A stretch of DNA of 64,000 nucleotides, taken from positions 21,786 through 85,785 of the forward strand of contig CAZFZN010000018.1 of NCBI GenBank assembly GCA_964523105.1, written 5' to 3'. A program made the translations under genes and the position numbers. The stretch is from an uncultured Akkermansia sp. (GTDB lineage Bacteria; Verrucomicrobiota; Verrucomicrobiia; Verrucomicrobiales; V1-33). Below are positions 57,517 to 64,000 of the stretch, in pieces. Position 1 is the stretch's first letter, and the number at the start of each line of letters is the position of its first letter. The notes under the pieces are model-generated. The model worked only from the letters and a program-made list of their open reading frames with translations, ran no database searches and was not told the origin of the DNA.

Positions 57517-57638
57517 GGTCCGGCAGCGGGGAGGGGGAGCGGATATTTGTTTGCCGGATGCAAAAGTCTCCCGATAGTCGCGGCTCCGCCCGCCGCTTTG
57601 CGCGGAATTTCGGGCGGCGCTTCCTGCAATCTCTCTCC

Positions 57639-58574
57639 ATGCGCCTCCCCGTCATCCTTTCCATCGTCCTGGCTGCACCTCTCGCCGCCGCGCCGGCCAC
57701 CGTCGAACTCAACCGGGGCGGCTCGGTGAAAGGCGAACTGCTCAGTGAATCCGGCGAGAAAGTCGTCGTGGACCTCGGCTTCACCGTGCTCAGCGTGCCG
57801 CGGGACGCGATCACGCGCATCGTCAAAGAGGAAACCAAACCCGCCCCCGCGGCGGCCTACAATGAAGACCTCTACCGCGCCGATCCGAATGCCCGGCCCC
57901 AGGCGGTGAAGGATTTGGTCAGGGAAATCGGCGACCGCGTGGTGCTCATCAAGACGCCCTCCGGCCTCGGCTCCGGTTTCATCATTCACCCTGACGGCTA
58001 TCTCATCACCAACGATCACGTCGTCTCCGGGGAAAACGAAGTTACCGTCACCGTTTTCGGGAGCGGGACGGAGCGGCAGACCTACAATAACGTCCGCATC
58101 CTCGCCACCAGCGGCGACCTCGATCTCGCCCTGCTGAAGATAGAAACCCCTGACAAGAAGCAATTCCCCACGGTGCCCCTCGGCGACGCCGACGACATCA
58201 AGCAGGGCCAGCCCGTCTTCGCCATCGGGGCCCCGCTGGGCCTTGAGCGCAGCGTCAGCGAAGGCATCGTCTCGCTGCGGAACCGCAATGAAGGCGGCAG
58301 CCTCTACATTCAGACCACCACGCAGATCAATCCCGGCAACTCCGGCGGCCCGCTCTTCAATCTGCGCGGCGAAGTGATCGGCGTGAACAACATGAAGATC
58401 GTCGCCACCGGCGCGGAGGGCCTCGGCTTTGCCATTCCGGCGACGACGCTGAAGAACTTCCTCAAAAACCGCGACACCTACGCCTTCGATCCGGCAAATC
58501 CCAACGCCGGCTTCCGCTACAACAAGCCGCCGAAGCCGGAGTCCGCGCCGGCACCGGCACCGGCGGTGAAATGA
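57639..58574 (+). CDS. Trypsin-like serine protease (S1C/HtrA-like catalytic domain, no PDZ)
   Basis: Start at 'MRLPVILSIVLAAPLAAAPA' (signal peptide). The catalytic triad contexts are 'LITNDHVV', 'DLDLALLKI' and 'NPGNSGGPLFN'. The track ORF's upstream 105 codons overlap tRNA-Ala and are rejected. Confidence 0.85.
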   Translation: MRLPVILSIVLAAPLAAAPATVELNRGGSVKGELLSESGEKVVVDLGFTVLSVPRDAITRIVKEETKPAPAAAYNEDLYRADPNARPQAVKDLVREIGDRVVLIKTPSGLGSGFIIHPDGYLITNDHVVSGENEVTVTVFGSGTERQTYNNVRILATSGDLDLALLKIETPDKKQFPTVPLGDADDIKQGQPVFAIGAPLGLERSVSEGIVSLRNRNEGGSLYIQTTTQINPGNSGGPLFNLRGEVIGVNNMKIVATGAEGLGFAIPATTLKNFLKNRDTYAFDPANPNAGFRYNKPPKPESAPAPAPAVK

Positions 58575-58596
58575 ACAGGATGCCGCCTCACAAAAA

Positions 58597-60510
58597 ATGA
58601 AAACGACACGACTTCTGGCGCTGCTGTGGCTGGGTTTCGCTCCGCTGGCGCCCGCGAAGACAGACTTCGCCGCGCTCTTTCCCTCCGACACTGTGGTTTA
58701 TGCCGAGGTAGGCGATCCGGAGAAACTGGCGAAGCTGCCGGAGCATCCGGTGGTCAAATGCCTCGAGCCGGGCCGGTTGGGCGAATTTGTAATGAAGGCG
58801 CTGGGCGGCCTGTGGGACGGCGAGAGCATGAAGGATCTGGAGAAGGAAACAGGATTGAGCCTCGCAGAACTGCGCGGCAGGTTAACCGGCGGCCTCGCGG
58901 CTGGCGCCTTCGATGCGAAGCTGGCGATGAAGGATTCCAGCATCGAGTTTGCCGTCGTCGCGGAATACACCGGCGGGGAGGCGGAGGTCGGCAAACTCTT
59001 CACCGCGGCGATCCGCATGGACAAGGAATCCATGGAGGAGGATCACAAGCTGATGCAGGAGGTTCACGAGGAGATGAAGCAGGAAGCGAAAGCGGAGGGC
59101 GAAGAGGAGCCGGAGGCGCCGGAACTGGAAATCAACTGGCTGCAGGACCTGACCCGGGAGGGCGAGCAGACCAAAGACCACTCCGGGACCGCGCTGCACA
59201 TTTATAAAATGAGCGCAGCCGCCGCGGAGAAGCGCGATGCGGAATGGGACGAACTCGCGTGGTGCGTGCGCGACGGCCTGTTTTTCCTCGCCAGCGGGGA
59301 GGAGCCCCTCCGCGATATGCTCGACCGCGCCGCCGCCCGGCGCACCGAGGGCACGCTTGCGGGCAGCCGGCATCACGCCGCCGCCCTCGCTGAATCCGCC
59401 GGGTCTGAGGTTTTTCTCTGCGGGCATCTCGGCGAAGTGATGCCTGCGCTCATGCAGATGATGAAGGAGGAGAGCGGGGCCGAAACCTCCCGCGGTCCGG
59501 TACCCACGCCCGCGGTGATACTCGGCACATTCGGATTCGACAAACTCCGCATGATTTTGTTCGGCCTGAAAATCGAGGACGACGCGATGACATTGCGCGC
59601 CGGTTTCACGCACGAGGGCCAGCCGGGATTCTGCAAACTGTTCCAACTCGCACGCCAGGACCCGCCTGCTATTTTCCCCGTCGATGCCCGGGATGTCTCA
59701 TGGATGCCGCTCGACCTCAAGGCCGCGGTGCAGCAGGCCGAACTGCTGTTCGAGAGCATCCTGCCGGGCTGGGAGAAAATCCTCACCATGTCGCTCGCCC
59801 GCAGCGCCACGCCGCTGCCGCCGGTGGACTTCAGGAAAGAGGTGCTGCCGCACCTGGGCAGGGGTTACTTTCAGGTCACCAAATCCTACGCCGCCAGCAC
59901 GGCCGAGAGCGTGGAGGAAAGCGAGGACGACGTGCTCGCAGACGTGAAGGCCATCAACATTTCCAATCCGAAGATCGAAGGCGCGGTCTTCGGCATCGGC
60001 GTCAGTGATCACAAGGCGCTCCAGCCCGCGCTCACCGCCTTCATGGAGAATCTCGACAAGCGCGGCGCGAAGGCGCAGAAGCGCGATTACCTTCAATTCT
60101 CCGTGCACGATATCCGCTCCGGATCCTCGCCGGAGTTGCCACTGGTCTGTGTGCTCACGGAGGAATGGCTGCTGCTCTCCGTGGGGCGGCAGGAACTCCT
60201 GGAGAGCATGCTCGCGCGCATCGCCCGGCCGGAGGGAGAGCATCTCTTTTCCCGTCCAGACATCGTCGCAGGATTCAAGGCCCTGCCGGACGATCCCGGA
60301 GGCAGCACCTACGGCGACCTTCGCGAACTCGCGCAAATCCTTGCTTACGCGCTCGCTGCCACGCTGGCCGACGAGACAGAAGAAACCTTCGACGACACCG
60401 ACTCGCTGCTCAAGGACTTCAAGTTCCCCATCCACTCCTTCGAGCGCTCCATCTTCACCGAAAACGTCACGCGCAGCATCATGCGCATCATGCCGCGCTC
60501 AGCGGAGTGA
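58597..60510 (+). CDS. Secreted hypothetical protein (DUF3352-like, from memory), paralog A
   Basis: Signal peptide 'LLALLWLGFAPLAPA'. It shares 'P.D.V.Y.E......L....HPVVK' near the N-terminus and 'VLT.EWL.LS.G.QE.LE..LAR' near the C-terminus with the next ORF. Confidence 0.7.
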   Translation: MKTTRLLALLWLGFAPLAPAKTDFAALFPSDTVVYAEVGDPEKLAKLPEHPVVKCLEPGRLGEFVMKALGGLWDGESMKDLEKETGLSLAELRGRLTGGLAAGAFDAKLAMKDSSIEFAVVAEYTGGEAEVGKLFTAAIRMDKESMEEDHKLMQEVHEEMKQEAKAEGEEEPEAPELEINWLQDLTREGEQTKDHSGTALHIYKMSAAAAEKRDAEWDELAWCVRDGLFFLASGEEPLRDMLDRAAARRTEGTLAGSRHHAAALAESAGSEVFLCGHLGEVMPALMQMMKEESGAETSRGPVPTPAVILGTFGFDKLRMILFGLKIEDDAMTLRAGFTHEGQPGFCKLFQLARQDPPAIFPVDARDVSWMPLDLKAAVQQAELLFESILPGWEKILTMSLARSATPLPPVDFRKEVLPHLGRGYFQVTKSYAASTAESVEESEDDVLADVKAINISNPKIEGAVFGIGVSDHKALQPALTAFMENLDKRGAKAQKRDYLQFSVHDIRSGSSPELPLVCVLTEEWLLLSVGRQELLESMLARIARPEGEHLFSRPDIVAGFKALPDDPGGSTYGDLRELAQILAYALAATLADETEETFDDTDSLLKDFKFPIHSFERSIFTENVTRSIMRIMPRSAE

Positions 60511-60542
60511 GGCGCTCCTTCCCCAACTCACACACCACACCA

Positions 60543-62393
60543 ATGAAATACCCCAAGCCCCTGCTCTCCCGCGCCCCGCGACTCGCTCTGGCGCTGTCTT
60601 CACTGTTCGCTCTGCGCTGCCTTGCCGCCGATCCCGCGGCCGTGCTGCCGGATGAGTCCGTCGCCTACATCGAGATGGATTCGCAGGCCATCTACAAGCT
60701 CGTGGACCATCCGGTCGTCAAAGCCATGCCGCTGGCCGACCTCGAGAAGCTTTTCCTCAAGATGTCAGGCAGTTCGCCGGAGGAGGCCGCCGCCATCGAG
60801 AAGCGTCTCGCCGAGGCCACGGGCATTCCCTATGAGGAACTGGAAAAGAAGTTCGGCCGTTTCGCCGCCAGCATCCACGATCTCGATATCCCTGACAATC
60901 CTTCGCCGGAAAATGTCGGCGCCGAAGCCTCGCTGGCTTACGAATTCGACGGGGATGAGGCGCTGGTGCAGAAATTCGTCGAAGCCATGGCGACTGAAGT
61001 TCTCGCCGAGGCGGAGAAACAGGCCGGCGGCGAGGCCGAGCAGATGAAGGAGTTCATCAGCAAGGCGAAGGACTTTTTCGAGCACAGCACGGCCGAGCAC
61101 GAGGGGGCTAAAATTCATGTGTTCAAACTCAAGGACACAGAGGAAACGAAGGAGGCTCCAAAATTCGTGCGCGAGTGGGCGTGGGCGGTTCACGAAAAGA
61201 TGATCCTCGCCTCGTCCGGTCAGGACGGCGTGGAGGAAATGCTCGACCGGCTCAAGAGCGGCGCCAACACCGGCTCGCTGGCCGCCTCCGCTCATTATAA
61301 GAAGGACCACGAAAAGGCCGGCCCCACGGTGGGCATGGCCAGCCTCAACCTGGAAACGATCCTCGGCCTCGTGGAAAAGCATGCCCTGCCCATGGCGGAC
61401 GGCATCGAGATCGATGTGAAGAAAGTCTGGACCGCGCTGGGTGCGGACAAACTCCAGAGTGCCGTGATTGCCGCCGGGGCGGAAGCTGAAACGCTCGACC
61501 TCGCGATGCTGCTGAACTGGAGCGAAAAGCCCGGCCTCTTCGGCATCTTTGCCGTGCCCGGTCCCGGTACGGCCCCGGCCTTTCTGCCCAAAGGCCTCGC
61601 CGCCGCGGGCTATCAGCAGCTCGATTTCGACAAGACCCTCGACAACGCCATCAAGCTCGCCGCGCAAATCTATCCGCCGGCCGAAATGGTGGTCGAAACC
61701 GCCCTGACCGCGGCCAAGGGCCAGGTGGGCGTGGACATTCGCAAGGATCTGCTCGGTCAGCTCGGCCCTGACATCTGGGTCGCCTCGCGCTACGACGAGG
61801 AGGGCATCAAGCCGCCCGGCCCGCTCGGCGCGTCGGAGATGGCCCTGCTGGGGCTGCTCGGCATGAACGGCGTCTATGGCGTCAGGGTCAAGGACTCCAA
61901 AGCCTTCTCCCTCGCGCTGGACTCCATCATCAACAAGGTCGCGTCCCGCGAGGCCGTTTTTGAAACCCGGGAATATCAGGGGTTCACCATCAACAATGTG
62001 AAAGATGCCCCGGAGGAGTTCAAAGTCGGTTATGTCCTCACCGATGAATGGCTCATCCTCAGCATGGGCGGTCAGGAGGTGCTGGAGCAAATCCTCGCGA
62101 GGCTCGGCAAGGACGGTGAAGACGGCTTCTTCGCGCAAAAGGCCATCGCCAAATCGCTCGACAGTCTGCGCGGCGGGCAGATGTCCACCACCGGCGGGGA
62201 TGTGGGCGCCAATGCCAAAGCGATGCTCGGAATGTTCAGCGGCATGATGAAACAGGCGGGCGGCGATGCACCGGAGATTCCCTTCGATGAACTCAGCAAG
62301 CTGCTCGACGTGCCCCTCATCATGGTGGACAAAACATGGATCGAGGACAGCCATGCCGAATACCGCCTGCGGCTGGCGCCGAAGGGCGAGTGA
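60543..62393 (+). CDS. Secreted hypothetical protein (DUF3352-like), paralog B
   Basis: Start at 'MKYPKPLLSRAPRLALALSSLFALRCLAA' (ATG 60543, in frame with the longer track ORF). It is similar to 58597-60510 at both ends. Confidence 0.7.
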   Translation: MKYPKPLLSRAPRLALALSSLFALRCLAADPAAVLPDESVAYIEMDSQAIYKLVDHPVVKAMPLADLEKLFLKMSGSSPEEAAAIEKRLAEATGIPYEELEKKFGRFAASIHDLDIPDNPSPENVGAEASLAYEFDGDEALVQKFVEAMATEVLAEAEKQAGGEAEQMKEFISKAKDFFEHSTAEHEGAKIHVFKLKDTEETKEAPKFVREWAWAVHEKMILASSGQDGVEEMLDRLKSGANTGSLAASAHYKKDHEKAGPTVGMASLNLETILGLVEKHALPMADGIEIDVKKVWTALGADKLQSAVIAAGAEAETLDLAMLLNWSEKPGLFGIFAVPGPGTAPAFLPKGLAAAGYQQLDFDKTLDNAIKLAAQIYPPAEMVVETALTAAKGQVGVDIRKDLLGQLGPDIWVASRYDEEGIKPPGPLGASEMALLGLLGMNGVYGVRVKDSKAFSLALDSIINKVASREAVFETREYQGFTINNVKDAPEEFKVGYVLTDEWLILSMGGQEVLEQILARLGKDGEDGFFAQKAIAKSLDSLRGGQMSTTGGDVGANAKAMLGMFSGMMKQAGGDAPEIPFDELSKLLDVPLIMVDKTWIEDSHAEYRLRLAPKGE

Positions 62394-62402
62394 TTCCCTG
62401 AC

Positions 62403-63140
62403 ATGACGGACAGCGCCGCGGGCCGTCCCCGCAACATCATCTTCGACTGGTCCGGCACCCTGGTGGACGATCTCCCGCCGGTGCTGGAGGCCACCAATGC
62501 CGTGATGCGCGCCTTCGGGCGGGCGGAACTGACGCGCGAGGAATTCCGGGCGCAGTTCCGCCTGCCGTTTCTGCACTGGTATGAGGAAGTGCTCCCGGGC
62601 GTGACGCCGGAGGCGCTGGACCGCGTCTTTCTCGACGCCTTCGCGGCCTCGCGGGAGCCGGTCACCGTGCTGCCGCACGCGCGGGAGTTTCTCCACTGCT
62701 GCGCCGGCGCCGGCACGCGCATGTTCGTGCTCAGCAGCGCGCCGCAGCACGCCGTGGAGCAGCAGGCCCGCGAACTCGGACTCCACGAATACTTCGAACA
62801 CCTCTACGCCGGCGTGCGGGACAAGCGGGAGCGCATCGGCGGCATTCTGCACGAACGCGCCCTCGTCCGCGAACACACGCTGCTCATTGGCGACATGCGC
62901 CACGACATTCACACTGCCCGCGCCGGCGGCATCGCCTCCGTCGCCGTGCTCACCGGATACGAATATCCTGAAGTCGTCGCCGAGGCGGAGCCCGACCTCA
63001 CCGTCAACAACCTCGCCGAACTGCACGCGATGCACTTCAGCGCGGACGGATACCAGGCCGGGCTGAAAATCTCAGATGCCCGCGGAGAGACGCAGATACT
63101 TAACAGGCTGGAATCGATGCTGCCCTCGTTAGAAGGGTGA
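62403..63140 (+). CDS. HAD-superfamily hydrolase (subfamily IA-like)
   Basis: Motif I 'IIFDWSGTLVDD', motif II 'VLSSAP' and motif IV 'LIGDMRHDIHTARAGG'. Confidence 0.8.
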   Translation: MTDSAAGRPRNIIFDWSGTLVDDLPPVLEATNAVMRAFGRAELTREEFRAQFRLPFLHWYEEVLPGVTPEALDRVFLDAFAASREPVTVLPHAREFLHCCAGAGTRMFVLSSAPQHAVEQQARELGLHEYFEHLYAGVRDKRERIGGILHERALVREHTLLIGDMRHDIHTARAGGIASVAVLTGYEYPEVVAEAEPDLTVNNLAELHAMHFSADGYQAGLKISDARGETQILNRLESMLPSLEG

Positions 63141-63215
63141 ATGCTCATCAAGCGATCGTCCGTGTTCGTCAGTGCCCTTCGGCGGTTGTTGGACCATCCA
63201 TGTTGTTTTTCAGTC

Positions 63216-64000
63216 TCAGGCCGCCAGCCGGTGGGTTGGTTGTGGCTGCCCCGGGCGGAACGATTCCTCCGCCACCCGCCGCGCCCGGATGCCGCGCGGT
63301 CCGTTCTTCAGGGCCTCCTGCACGGCTACTGCCAGCAGTTCCGGCGCGCCCTCTGCCCTCAGATTCACCAAAAGCGTAGCTTGTGTCACCGGCCCGGCCA
63401 GTTCCCGCCGCAGTTCCGGCTCCCCGTCATTCCGCACCAAACTCACCGCCGCCATCGCCTGTAGTCCGGGCGTCCCGCCCGCCTCCTTTGACTTCGGGCG
63501 GGACGCCCGAGCCACTTTCTCAATCTCCTCCGCCACCAGCGACATCTTGAAATGCGCCACCTCCGACCGCGTCGCCCGCAGCACCGACCGCACCCGCCGC
63601 GCCAGATCAAGAAGCCATGCATTGCCATCGAACCCGCCATCCCTTTCAGCCTTCAGCCTTCGGACTTCATACTTCCCATTGTACCACCCCAGCATCGCCT
63701 CGCCTTTTCCGTAGCGTTCGTAGTCCACTTCCATTAGGCTCCGCGTATGCCCGTCACGATTGGTCAGCGCCTCAAAGAGCGGCTCCAGTCCCGTTCCGTC
63801 CCGGCTGGCCACGGCCATGATCTCCGCCTCCGGGTACTCCCGCCCGAGCGCCTCCCGCAGCCGCGCCAATCGCTCCGGCGCGATCACGTCCGTCTTGTTG
63901 ATCACGATGATCTCCGCCTCTTCAAGCTGCTTGCGGTAGATGTAGTTCACATCCGGCGAAAAGATCGGCTCCGCCTCCACCCCAAGCGTCTGCATCGCCC
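63216..64000 (-). CDS. G3E-family (CobW/HypB/UreG-like) GTPase, N-terminus outside the window
   Basis: 'AEIIVINKTDV' (NKxD) lies near the window edge and the P-loop is expected beyond nt 64000. The C-terminal ~200 aa domain is unassigned. Confidence 0.6.
   Translation of the reverse strand, partial: AMQTLGVEAEPIFSPDVNYIYRKQLEEAEIIVINKTDVIAPERLARLREALGREYPEAEIMAVASRDGTGLEPLFEALTNRDGHTRSLMEVDYERYGKGEAMLGWYNGKYEVRRLKAERDGGFDGNAWLLDLARRVRSVLRATRSEVAHFKMSLVAEEIEKVARASRPKSKEAGGTPGLQAMAAVSLVRNDGEPELRRELAGPVTQATLLVNLRAEGAPELLAVAVQEALKNGPRGIRARRVAEESFRPGQPQPTHRLAA

Noticed and set aside
57324-57638. Upstream extension (TTG start) of the protease ORF.
   Set aside because: It overlaps the complete tRNA-Ala gene. 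A signal peptide begins at the internal Met (ATG 57639).

Overview
High-GC bacterial chromosomal segment. The gene content (PSCyt/DUF1553 + DUF1501 pair, sulfatase, giant cadherin-like/LTD/CotH surface protein, many GC-rich palindromic repeats) points to Verrucomicrobiota or Planctomycetota; this is inference only. There are five blocks. (1) nt 1-9534 is the right-hand part of an integrative element that ends at a tRNA 3'-fragment (att) next to a tyrosine integrase. It carries a Toprim primase-like gene, two small genes, a ~600-bp structured non-coding region and a translationally coupled three-gene operon. That operon encodes a polytopic membrane/beta-propeller-like protein, a 2-TM protein, and a 1029-aa FtsK/HerA/VirD4-class ATPase with a TraD/TraG-like C-terminal region plus a PD-(D/E)xK-like tail. 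It is my best candidate for an undescribed system (minimal DNA-translocation or defence module). (2) 9641-30066 holds an alanine/glycine:cation symporter, a 3456-aa surface protein, DUF1501, sulfatase, PSCyt/DUF1553 and a TauE-like permease, with an ISL3 transposase relic and a sulfatase 3' relic between them. (3) 30079-38631 is a Wzx/Wzy-type exopolysaccharide assembly/export locus on the minus strand. (4) 38887-57355 is a hybrid NRPS-PKS cluster: CN-hydrolase, a C-A-T-E-C*-T NRPS, a KS-AT-ACP-aminotransferase-C-A-T-TE megasynthase, an Sfp-type PPTase and an SGNH hydrolase. Both A domains read as Thr by hand-derived specificity code, and the megasynthase ORFs carry several in-frame palindromic repeat insertions. 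(5) The rest is tRNA-Ala(CGC), an S1C protease, two paralogous secreted proteins, a HAD hydrolase and a partial G3E GTPase. No CRISPR array or rRNA was seen. Many long antisense ORFs in the track are GC artefacts.
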